A stretch of DNA of 36,615 bases from Ministeria vibrans ATCC 50519 (taxonomy: Eukaryota; Protista; Filasterea). This document shows positions 1-15,880 of the stretch, piece after piece. Within the stretch, counting starts at the first letter, position 1; each line of letters opens with the position of its first letter. Below the pieces are notes generated by a model that made no database searches, was not told the origin of the DNA, and worked only from the letters and a program-made list of their open reading frames with translations. The stretch covers positions 1 to 36,615 of the forward strand of contig CALSCP010000928.1 in the NCBI GenBank assembly GCA_943704425.1, read 5' to 3'. A program made the translations under genes and the position numbers.

Positions 1-1610
<1,610 letters not shown>

Positions 1611-1767
1611 TTTCTGACATGTTTGTTGTTTTTGTTCCCCTTTTCCATTATGTGTGTGTGTGTGCGTGCGTGCGTGTGCAAATGAGCGAATAAACGGGTC
1701 TCTTCTTTTTTTTTTTCCATAACTACATTAATTTTCTTTATTCTGTTTGGTTTCAGTTTTCTGAGTC

Positions 1768-3766
1768 TTAGAGATCCTCCGATTTCTGCTGTGCCTTTTT
1801 CGCCGAGGGAAAGAGAGCGCGCAAAGAAGATTTTTGCTCTGCAGTGACACTCTCGGGCAACACAACGACAAACTCAACGAAGAGAAGACCCTTCACGCTC
1901 GCCTCGTTGTGCTTGGGCATTCCCTCGTCCTGCACTGTCATCACAAATCCTGTGGTGGAGAGAGACAAGAGAAAGGAGAAACAACAAAGTGAGAGGGAGA
2001 GACATAGAAACAGAGTGATAGAGAGAGATTTGCATTGCGAGTGAGTAATTATTCATTAGAATGGATTGAGAGACGGTTGAACATGCGGCTGAGTGTGTGA
2101 GGGCAATGGATGATCCTACCTGGCTGAGTGACTTGTTTGCGATGGAGTGTGACTGCGTGCCCATCCAGATGTTTAATTTCATGTTTGAATCCAGTCAATG
2201 CCTACAGACCAATCACAATCACAAACAATAAACAACACGCAAATCACAGCCTTCCAAATCAAAAATCGATACCTCCACCATAGAAATAGTGTGAGTGAGG
2301 TACAGGTTGTCACCACGACGGACAAACCGCGGGTGGGGCACGGTGCGCACGGTGAACACAAGATCTCCCGCTGCAATTTCAGGTGACTAAAAATGCAATA
2401 ATAATAATAATAATAATAATTTTAGTAATAATTATTATTAATTAATATAATTCTTATAATAACAACAAAATTAGATAATATTAAACGTTGTCTGTTTCGA
2501 GTATATAAGTTGCTTTAATAGTTACCTGGTCTGCTTCTCCCGGGTACACAATGGTTTCCAGATCGCCCAGTCCACGTTCGATGTCAACACTGAACAGATC
2601 ATCACCACGTTCAACCTAATATTGTGAATAAACAGTGTACAGTAAAGACACGCACAGTCACACCCAAGAGAGAGAGAGAAAAAGAGACAAAATATTGTTT
2701 TAGTCAATCGACGAATACAAAAAAAGATAGGCTGTACCTTCTTTCCACCGCACACAGAACACTTGTGCTTCACAATACGACCCTTTCCGCTGCAACGTGA
2801 ACACCTAAAACAACCCCAAATATCAGACGTTTCTTTCTCCCTCCTCTTCTCTCTCCTACTGTTGCTGCATCTGCTGGACAAACCCAGGAGCAATTTGCTG
2901 ACGAACGAGCTTGTGGCCCTTGCCATCACAATCGGGACAACGAGTGATGTCGTCGGGTGAGCGGGCGCCCGAGCCGCGGCACTTGGAACAGAGGGTTTGG
3001 CGCGAGAGCTCCACGTTGACCGTCGCGCCGTTGTAGAGGTCCTCCAGTGTCACGTCGAGGTCCATCTCAATGTTGGGACCGCGCTGTTCTTGTTGTTGTT
3101 GTTGTCCAAAGAAGCTTCCAAACCTAGAGTACAAGACGACACAAAGAGGTGTTTTTGGGTGAGCGGATGTCTCCGAGTCAATCATTCTGGGCGGGTACGG
3201 ATTGAAGCCCTGCTGCGGTGATGCCGCCTTTTGCTGATGCTGCTTGACGGCCTCCTCGCCACCTTGGTCGTAGACGCGACGAAGATCGTCGTCGGAGAGA
3301 ACCTCGTTTGCTGTGATGGAGAGGGAGAGAGCGACAACACGAGCGAATCAGCGCAGGTCACGTCAAACCAGTCGCATTGGCCTCTCATCGGATGTTCCAA
3401 AGGACGGACGACACAGCGAGCGAAACGATACATTGTAAGGGTGTATGGTGTGTGTATGTCGGAGGTTCAGGGTGCGTGGGAGCGGCGGACGGCGGAATGA
3501 TGGGGAAAAAAAAGGAGAAAAAAAAGAAGCAGTTCTTCTGGCGTACCCTGGGCGATTTTCTCGAAGCGTTTGAGGGATTCAGGGTCGGATCCAGCCTTAT
3601 CAGGGTGGTACTTGCGAGCGAGCTCGCGATACGCCTTCTTGATCTGGCGGGAGGTGGCGTCGCGTGAAATGCCCAGCACGTCGTAGAAGTCGGCAAAGAC
3701 GAGGCAGCCAAGCAGACTAATGGTCGCCGCCACAAGCAGCACGTGTCGACAGCGAGCAAGCCGCAT
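1768..3766 (-). CDS. ER-luminal type I DnaJ co-chaperone (Scj1/ERdj3-like), 8 exons
   Basis: Signal peptide followed directly by a J domain (DFYDVLG...YHPDK), G/F-rich linker, four CxxCxGx(G/K) repeats ([32 protein letters not shown]), DnaJ-C region ([34 protein letters not shown]), C-terminus KSEDL. Exons ~3766-3547, 3310-3199, 3123-2860, 2804-2738, 2615-2526, 2386-2273, 2201-2120, 1949-1768. Confidence 0.9.
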
Positions 3767-3964
3767 ATCCAATACGAAGAGTGATGAATATGACTAAAAA
3801 TCTCATAATCAAATACATAATAATTATTATTATTAAATTTTTGCAAAAGTGGTACAGAAGAGCTATTCAAACAGTCACAAACTCACAGGACGTGTTGAAA
3901 AGATCTTAATTATTATTATGAATAATACTAATATTGTTCTTCTTGATTATAAGTTAATTACAAA

Positions 3965-5411
3965 CTAGGCCTGCTGGAAAAAGGACTCGGAGGCCCAACC
4001 AGTTGCGCCGTTGATCTCGACAAGGAGCCAACCGTTGTCACCAAACGCCAGTCGCGAGCCCACATCCCCTGCGCGAAAGGACACTTCAGCATCGGTTGCG
4101 CCTGTGTAGTCCTCAATGGCAATAAGCTGTGTGTCGGCGTTGGGCACCGGAACGGGTGCAGGGGCGTGCGCAGGGATGTCAACGGCGTACATGGCGGTGG
4201 AGGTGCTTGAGTCCGCCAGCGCCTCCTCGCGCACACCTCCGACCGTGCTGCGTTCCACGATCGTGGGTTTGTTACCAAACATGCCGGTACCCGCACTCCC
4301 CAGGTCAAGATAGATCACTTGTTGGATTCTAAAGAGGCGCAAAAACAGAATGAGAAACATCCAACACACACTCAAGACAAATTATACTCGTCTTGTGGAG
4401 GGAAGCTGTCTGTTTCCGATGACGTGAAAAAGTCAGTCACTTGGTCACTCAAGAGAACCTTCTCAGGGCACTTCACCAGAGACTACAACACAAAAAAGTG
4501 ACAAATGCATTACTACTAGTGTTTCTTTCGTTTGAGGTATTGTATCTGAGTGCTTACTTTGAGGTACATGTCCATGAGCACGGCACGCTCCATCGCCAGC
4601 GATTGAGACTTGGCTCGTCGAAATAATTTTTTGCCTGTCACAGCCATACAAAAAATATAATAATAATATTAATAATAATAATAATATTAATAATAATTAT
4701 TTATTATTATTATTATTGAAGGTATAAGTTAGGGTTAGGGTTAGGGTTAGGGTTAGAGCGTTAGAGGTGTTTGGGTACCTGGAAGAAAGGGAATCGTTCT
4801 AGGACGCCCTCGTTGACCAGCCTCTTCGGGAAAATCGAACAAAAGACCGCAGTGCCACTCGAAAAACTGCTCATGCGATCGATACACTGTTGCTCTGTTT
4901 CTGTCAGACCATTCAACCTCAATGGAAAATACCTACACACACGCAAAGAGAGCGACTTTCAGGGCACGTCTACGCCACACACACATATAGATAAGCACTA
5001 CATGCTCGCCCAACGGACCACAGTCGCATCTCAGCACACTCACACAGTGAGAGAGAGAAAGAGAGAAAAAAAAAATCAAAAATTCACACGTCAAACTCAG
5101 ATACACAGTAACAGAGCTCACAACAACACGCACGAGTCACTCCCAGAGTAGACCCGATAAAGACCAACGCCAGGCGGGGGTGGGGCAGGCCTCTGGAGGG
5201 TGAGGCTCGACAGGAGACACAGAATCACGCAAAAACAATACAATAGTAACAATAAATTATTATGATAGAAAAAAAGAAACTCTCTCGCTCCCGATTGAGG
5301 CGGGTACAGCACGCGCTACAGCACGGCAGAATCGCATACCCAGTGTGCCTTCGGTCGTAGCCGCTTGGCAATGCCGGAAACGGCGAGCGAAACAACTCCG
5401 GCTCGTTGCAT
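3965..5411 (-). CDS. PX-SH3 protein of the p47phox/NOXO1/Tks (SH3PXD2) PX subfamily, single SH3
   Basis: Spliced reading MQRAGVVSLAVSGIAKRLRPKAHW|VFSIEVEWSDRNRATVYRSHEQFFEWHCGLLFDFPEEAG..RTIPFLPG|KKLFRR..AMERAVLMDMYLK|SLVKCPEKVLLSDQVTDFF parallels the p47phox PX domain. C-terminal SH3 reads LIAIEDY..EVSFRAGD..GWLLV..GW. Exons ~5411-5340, 4932-4779, 4634-4558, 4482-4388, 4328-3965. The ORF track largely misses the PX exons. Confidence 0.85.
4729..4752 (+). repeat. Interstitial telomere-like (TTAGGG)4 with degenerate TTAGAG units following, in PX-SH3 intron 2
   Basis: TTAGGG x4 read directly, then TTAGAG CG TTAGAGG. Confidence 0.9.
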
Positions 5412-5569
5412 TGCGCGCGAGAGAGAGAGCCCTTAACCCTTTGAAGTTTGCTGCAACACGCGGTCTGGACACTGTGGAATCGCCCAAATCCCCTCTCGTC
5501 GTGGGGTATACAAGATTTTTTGATAAATTTGATCGATCATTAGAATTTTTACAATAATAATTTACATAA

Positions 5570-6690
5570 TTATTTTAGAAAGAAACAAATATTCACATTT
5601 TCACTTAAGTTGGGAAATAGCATATGTCGAGCTGCGCGCCTCGGCGACGGAGAGAAGGCCGTCAGGCTTGCGGTAAGCGGCGGCTTTGATCTCAAGGTGC
5701 TATTGGTTGTCAAGGAGGTCACCAGTGAGACGACACGCGACCATGCCATTGGCGAGTAGAGTTCGCTGGGGGAACACTGAAGCAAGAAACGAGATAGTTT
5801 GCATCGATCGGCGTCGTCAACGAGGCAGTGGTCAATGACGCGACCTGTTCGAATTCAGTAGCGAAACCGGGAGCAACGGAGGCATCACAAGCATCGGCGG
5901 GAGGGACAAATTCAGCTGTGACAGAGGCGTTGGCACTTTGAGCAGCGCTGGAGGAGAGATGGACAAGCATGCGCGGCCGTGGCGTGCACGACCGTACTAG
6001 AATATTCCACGCGCGATGTGGGCCCGACGACAAAGGTGCCTGAGGTCGAGTACATGGCAACAGTGAAACCGCCTGGGTGAGAAACAATCGAGGCAGCCTG
6101 GAGACTGTGTGCAGCCTCATAGGCAGCATGGCCGTCGACCAGGTCGTTTGCATCCGTGTCCACCTTGGCCACTATCAAGCAACTCTGGAGAATGTTGAGT
6201 TCCTCGGGGTCCTCAACATTGGACACTGTTGGAATGCTTGCTAAGTTGGTGAACAGGGAGGTCGCTGCCGTACACTTCCTTTGCCGCTTTCATATCGGCA
6301 TTGACCTGCACACGNNNNNNNNNNNNNNNNNNNNNNNNNNNNNNNNNNNNNNNNNNNNNNNNNNNNNNNNNNNNNNNNNNNNNNNNNNNNNNNNNNNNNN
6401 NNNNNNNNNNNNNNNCCCTCCGACTCGCTCATTTCGTCCTGAAACATGTCAACGGCGAGGTCGTCTGTCCAGTGGGGTCGACGACGACGAGCGCCAGAGT
6501 GGCGTCCCAACAGGCGTGCAGTCGGGAAGGGAGTCGCTGGGCCAGGGCAGTCTAGCCGAACAAGCACAGCAAAATAGAGGGCATCATCACGATTCACGAC
6601 AGAAGAGCATTGAGCCAAGTCGAACTGTCGAAGAGGTGAGAGCCATCGGCGGCAAAAATCATCGACGGAAAGAAAACTACTCACAATTCG
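5570..6690 (-). pseudogene. Unresolved uncharacterised gene or decayed pseudogene spanning an assembly gap
   Basis: GC-rich coding-like sequence with plausible splice sites. The most protein-like segments lie in different frames, and some contain in-frame TAG. No family recognised; N gap at 6315-6415. Confidence 0.35.
6315..6415. other. Assembly gap (N run); smaller gaps at 20578-20587 and 35537-35542
   Basis: Runs of N in the sequence. Confidence 0.99.
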
Positions 6691-6975
6691 GTTTGACGGT
6701 TTTTAAAATTTTTTTTCTTCGAAAAGTTCAATTATTTGAGAAAATATTCATTCTCATTCTCCACCTGCTTTTTGTTGAGATCTTGAAAGCTGGTCGTCAG
6801 TCAACAGTCGTTGATCAAACAACTGATCAGGAGACAGCGAAGCGAAGGATCTCACAGGTGTCCTTTTTTTCTTCTCTTTTTTCTCCTCTGTGATAAGTGA
6901 TAACTGATTATTATTATTAATTTTTTTTTGAACTTCGACCTCTCCTCTTTTTTTTGTCGCTTAAAGCATAGAAAA

Positions 6976-7651
6976 ATGAGTGCGCCGGTTGCGGCACCGC
7001 CGAAACGACGTGGAGGTGGAAGGCGGGCGACGGGTGGCGCGGGTGCGGCAAGTGGAAGCGGGGACAGTGAGAGTCAAACGACGACAACAACGACGAGCGC
7101 GCTGCTCAACGGTGACAGCACTGTCAACGCGCGACGCCGCGGACGCTCCTCCAGGCCCACGCCCGCCCACCCGCCCGCCTCCGGGCCTCGCACGGGTCTG
7201 CTCCCCGTCAGTCAGCACCTTACGGCCCAGGTTGCGTCCGCAGCGGCCCAGGGCGCCTGGCAACAGCAGACCGAGGCAAATTCGTCGTCGTCAATCACTT
7301 CCCTCTCCGAATCGGCGAGACGCCGCAATCGTCGGGGAGGGCGCGGTCGCCGTGTCACACCCGTCGACGATGGCACTGCGAATGGGCCGCGCGTCACGTC
7401 GGCCGCGGCGCCCTCAGAGCCTCCATCGGCAGCAACGACGACGGCGAATGTGCCACAGACATTGGCGCCTGCTGCTGTTGCCACCTTGCCTCCCTCCGAT
7501 CCTGCCATTCAATCGTGGTCTCCCATGTTTTCCGCTTTTGACAGCCGTGCCAATGTTGGGTCGCAGGTGACACCTCCCTTGGGTGCTCGTGGACAGAGCG
7601 CAGGCGACTCCGTCTTCTCCTCTCTCTTCCAACATCTCGGCAATGCATCTT

Positions 7652-7683
<32 letters not shown>

Positions 7684-8233
7684 CCAGTACCAGTACAACT
7701 GGTGCCTGCACCCATGCAAGCTTCGAACGAAGAGCTTCCATCAGCTCTTGCGCACCTCCTGAACGCATCACAGGTACAACAACAACAGCAGCAGCAGGAG
7801 ACATTCCAACAGTCAGCACCACAACTGATGTATCAGCAACCACCGCAACCCATGCAGCAGCAGCAGCAACAGCAGCAGCAACTACAACAACAGCAGCACC
7901 CCGCGCCCCCACCCGGTCTTTCTCCTGTGGTCCACCAGCCACCGTTTGATCTGCAACAGCTTCAGCGCCCCTCCGACCTGCTTTTTTCAAGTGTCCCTCC
8001 CCACTTCAGCGAACCCTCCGGTCCCTTCCGTTCCCCTGCTGCTTCTCCTTCCGACGCCCCATCTTCCTACGGGTTTAGTTCCTACCCCCACCAGCAACAG
8101 CAGCAACAGCCACATCGGTCTCCCAGCCACTCTGCATCCCCGCATTCCCCGACTGTCTCTCCACACGCGCGCGTGCCTTCCTCGCCCAGCAACCCATGGT
8201 CAGCTGATCAACAACAGCAGCAGCAGCAGCAGC

Positions 8234-8285
<52 letters not shown>

Positions 8286-8307
8286 GTTCCACTTGCACAT
8301 GCATCAC

Positions 8308-8339
<32 letters not shown>

Positions 8340-9360
8340 ACATCAGCTCGATGAGATGCGCCGACGGCAGCAACTGCTCCTTCTCCAACGGCAACAGCAA
8401 CAACAGCAGCAACAACAACAACAGCGTCGCGAGTACGAAATCCAACGACAGGCTCATATGCTTTTGCTTCAACGCCAGCAAATGGTCACCATGGCGGCTC
8501 AGAAACCCCAACAACAGCAACAACAACAGCCACAATTGCACCATCAACAGCATCAGCAGCTTACCTCACCTGTGCAGTCACAGCCCCCGTTTGGCTCGCC
8601 TCCCCACCCCCTGGCGTCCCCTTCTTCCTCGGTCACATTCCCCTTATCTCTCCTCCCCCCTGGCCAGCTACAACAGCTGCAGCAGCACACCCATCTTCAC
8701 CACCACCACCACCAGCAGCAGCAACAGCAGCAGCAGCAGCAGCAACACCAACACCAACAACAACAACATCTTTCATTCGCCGCTCCCCCATCCGCCACTG
8801 CTGCCCCCACCTCAGTTGCAACGGCTACTGTGTCCACCGTCTCCTCCCATCAAACCCCCGCCGCCGCTACCACCACTCCCTCGTCCTCCTCTGCTCCTCT
8901 CCACACCAACTCATCCTCGTACAACCCAAACTCAAACGCTCACCGTCGCAGTGCTGCCCGTCGCTCAGCTTCATCCGATTCTCGTCTCAACATTGACCGT
9001 CAAATTGCCGCTCTTCTGCCTTCGCTTTCCCCAGACCCATCCGAAGGACTTCGCCGCGAATCTCTTCTTGCTCGTCTGCAAATCCTTGTGCAAAGTCGCT
9101 GGCCTGGTACGACTAATCTACTACACTCATCAAAATAAAACCCTCTCACGCAATGTTTATCTCTCACGCAGAGGCCCGCCTTCATTTGTACGGCTCGTCC
9201 ATCAACGGTTTTTCACTGAGGTACGCTGATTTATCTCTCACTCTCTTACTCACTCCCTCACTCAATCATCACAGAAACGCCGACTGTGATATGTGCTTGA
9301 CAGTAAATGCGCATCGCCCCAGTTCCATTGTGCGTCGATTGGGTCGCCTCCTCCGCTCAA
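6976..9360 (+). CDS. Cid1/TUTase/non-canonical poly(A) polymerase family nucleotidyltransferase with long Q/H/P-rich N-terminal region; 3'-truncated here
   Basis: After ~680 aa of low complexity: [22 protein letters not shown]|[16 protein letters not shown]|RNADCDMCL, the hGS-x-DxD Pol-beta NTase motif. Exons 6976-9106, 9172-9220, 9275-9360. No further exons found before the (CT)n run. Confidence 0.8.
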
Positions 9361-9407
9361 GTAACCCCATTGCTACGAAAAAGAAAAAAATTACACACAC
9401 ACGCACA

Positions 9408-13075
<3,668 letters not shown>

Positions 13076-13252
13076 CGGGGGGCGCGGGGGGGAGGGCTCG
13101 ATCCGCTTGAACAAGAACTGTATTCTGCTTGCGGGATGGGGCTAACACAGGGAGAGCTATAGTATTGTGATCAGTTAGTTAGTTAGTCAATGGGACTCAG
13201 ACGTATTGACACAGTTCATTGATCAGTCAGGTTATTGCTCGTTGGTTTCTCT

Positions 13253-15757
13253 ATGAAGTCATCTTTGACCAGTGGCCTTGCGAGAGTGCGCCAGCGTGCC
13301 AAGGAGCAGATGCTCGGTGACAAGTAAGTATTTCTTGCGGTGTCACATTCAATCATTCTCTCTTTCTCTCTCTCTCTCACTCACTCTCTCTGATCTCCTT
13401 TTTGCTTTGCTCCTTCGACGAATTGGCAGAGTCCAAAAGACAGAGGAGCTTTCAGCGGAACTCCAAGACATAGAAGACGCCATCAACGCCACACGACACA
13501 GTTTTGAGTCACTCGCAAAGGTTTTTCGTTTTTTTTTTTTTTGGTCTCATTCTGTGTTTCCGTTGTATCTCGTCTGTCCTTCGATGTGGGTCCCTGAAAC
13601 ACCATATGTATGTGTGTATGTGTGCCCTGCGTACGCACTGCTGTGATGGCATGCTAAAGCGACTCGAAGAATCGTTTTGTGGCTCAATGAGTGATCTTCT
13701 CTAATTCTTCCTTTATGAGTGTGTGTAGAAATTCGATTTCTGATCTGTAATTGTGTTGTAGAAATTCGAGGAGTGTATGTACGCACCGGCGCGTGTGGCA
13801 GACCCGGCGAAGCGTCTGCAAAAGATCCCCTGGCACCGGTTGGGCACGACTATGCGAGCGTGTGCCGAAGAGGTTGGCAATGAGCATCACATTGGCGAAC
13901 TGATGTTGCAGGTGGCGACGATGCAGGAGAGCTTGGCGGCGCTCACAATGCGCTTTGAAGAGCAGCTGGATGAGGTTGTGCTGGCACCAATGCGTGGAAC
14001 GCTACGCACCATCCAGACGGTCGTGGATCAACGACGGAAGTTGTCCAAGGCTCGTGTGGACCTAGACGTGAGCAAAGCGCGCGCCGACAAGATTGCCGAG
14101 GCCGAGGGCTACTCGAGCACGCCAGTGAGCATTGCCGCGAGTGGTGGGGCTCTCAACTCATCGAGTGAACTGGTCAGCGCTTTGGCACATCGTGACGATG
14201 CCAAACATGCCTTTGACGATTCACAGGCGCTCACCGAGAGTCTTTTGCGCGACTTTGAGGCGCACGAGACGGACGCCGGTCTGCCGTTTGTCTCACTCGT
14301 CGAGTCGCAGCTCCTCTTCTACGAAGTATGTATATGATGATGCAATGTCTTCAGTTTCTATAATCATTTTATTGTACTAATGTCCGTTTTTTTTATTGTA
14401 GGACGCGTCACGGCTGCTGCGACCACTGCTTGAGGCACTGCAGGAGATTCAGGCGCGACGAGACGCACCCAATGTGTTTCAGCGCGATTTGCATCTGCTG
14501 TGTAAAGTGGAGGGACGGGACGTTCCACTGGTGGTCGAATCGTGCTGTGAGTGGCTTCAGGCGCACGGGACGACGACAGAGGGTCTCTTTCGAGTGAGTG
14601 GCAATGTGCGCAATATCAAGAGGTTACGTGCCGCCTTTGATGTGGAGCACGATGGATCAGACGCAGCCATGACACGCCTCGACGCCTGTGGCGACCCCCA
14701 CACCATTGCAGCGCTACTCAAGGCCTACCTGCGTGACCTGCCAGATGCGCTGCTCTGCGGGGAGCTGTACGAGCGGTGGATTTTGGCAGCTAAGATGCGA
14801 GTGGAGCACGATGAGTACTTGCTGGCACTTCATGCGATTGTGCAGGACCTGCCTGCGCCCAACCGCGCCACTGCCAACCGTCTGTTGATGCTCCTTGAAG
14901 ACATTGTGAGCAATGAGTCGCTGACGCGCATGAGTGTCAACAATGTAGGCATTGTGTTTGGCCCGACTCTCTTGCGACCCGTCAACTTCACGAGTGCCGC
15001 CAGTGCACTTATTGGATCGCAATTTGAAGCACGCATCGTCGAAAATCTAGTGCTGTATCGCGACTGGCTTTTTGATGGTGTCGATCATGCCGTCGAGACT
15101 GCCGTTGTGGCCGCCGGGGGCGATGCAACACCGTCGGGGTCGACTCACCATCACCACCATCAAACATCAGACGAAGCTCCTCCACCCAAACCCAAACTCA
15201 ACGACACAATCTTGGCCGCAAGTGGACTTCCTTCTTCGCCAGCGTCGACGACAGGCAACTCTGCTGCCACCACTCCCACCCCCATCGTGAAACCCCCTCT
15301 GCCCACTCGCACCGCCTCCGTGAAGAAAGGCCTTGTCGGCACTACCACCACCCCATCAGGCGCATCCTCCTCCTTCCCCAAACGCTCCCAAGGCGCCTCT
15401 CCTTCCTCCTCCACCTCCTCCTCACCCACCCCCAAAGCCTTCGCGTCGTCCTTTGGCGCCACCACCCAATCCACTCCATCATCTCCCATCAAAATCACCA
15501 CCACCCCTACCACCTCTTCCAAACCCCTCACCACTTCCAAACCCCCTATCTCCTCCACCAAACCTCAACCCCGCCCCATCAAGAAAATCGGCGCAGGCAA
15601 ACCCGCAGCTGTCGCTAAACCGCCCACCACCAGCCGCCCTAGCCCTTCCCCCACCACCACCACACCCACCAGTTCCCCTGACGGCCCTTCAACGCCCACC
15701 AAAGCGCCAAAGGCCGTTGCTGTGCGCGTTGCTCAGTGGAACAATGTCAACCAATAG
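13253..15757 (+). CDS. N-BAR + RhoGAP protein of the RICH1/RICH2/SH3BP1 (ARHGAP17/44) family with Pro/Ser/Thr-rich tail
   Basis: N-terminus RVRQRAKEQMLGDK|VQKTEELSAELQDIE and BAR segment RRKLSKARVDLD. RhoGAP motifs VPLVVESC..EGLFRVSG, DPHTIAALLKAYLRDLPDALL, RMSVNNVGIVFGPTLL. Exons ~13253-13323, 13430-13520, 13762-14325, 14402-15757. Confidence 0.9.
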
Positions 15758-15880
15758 AGAGATTGAGAGAGCGCGCAAAAAAAATCTTTGCAAGCCTGAG
15801 AGTGGAAAACTGTAGAATAATTCAAAAAAAATTCACAATCATAATAGAAAAAGAAAGAAAATAAGTTTATTTTAAATGGT

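Noticed and set aside
4947-5040. TPP riboswitch, hammerhead or C/D snoRNA identity for the intronic structure (GCUGAGA, CUGA present)
   Set aside because: It lacks the TPP ACCUGAU/P4-P5 core, the hammerhead CUGAnGA-GAAA arrangement and a box C RUGAUGA. Kept only as an unclassified structure.
5690-6560. In-frame TAG codons suggesting stop-codon reassignment
   Set aside because: TAG terminates the PX-SH3 and RhoGAP genes normally, and no conserved gene here needs read-through.
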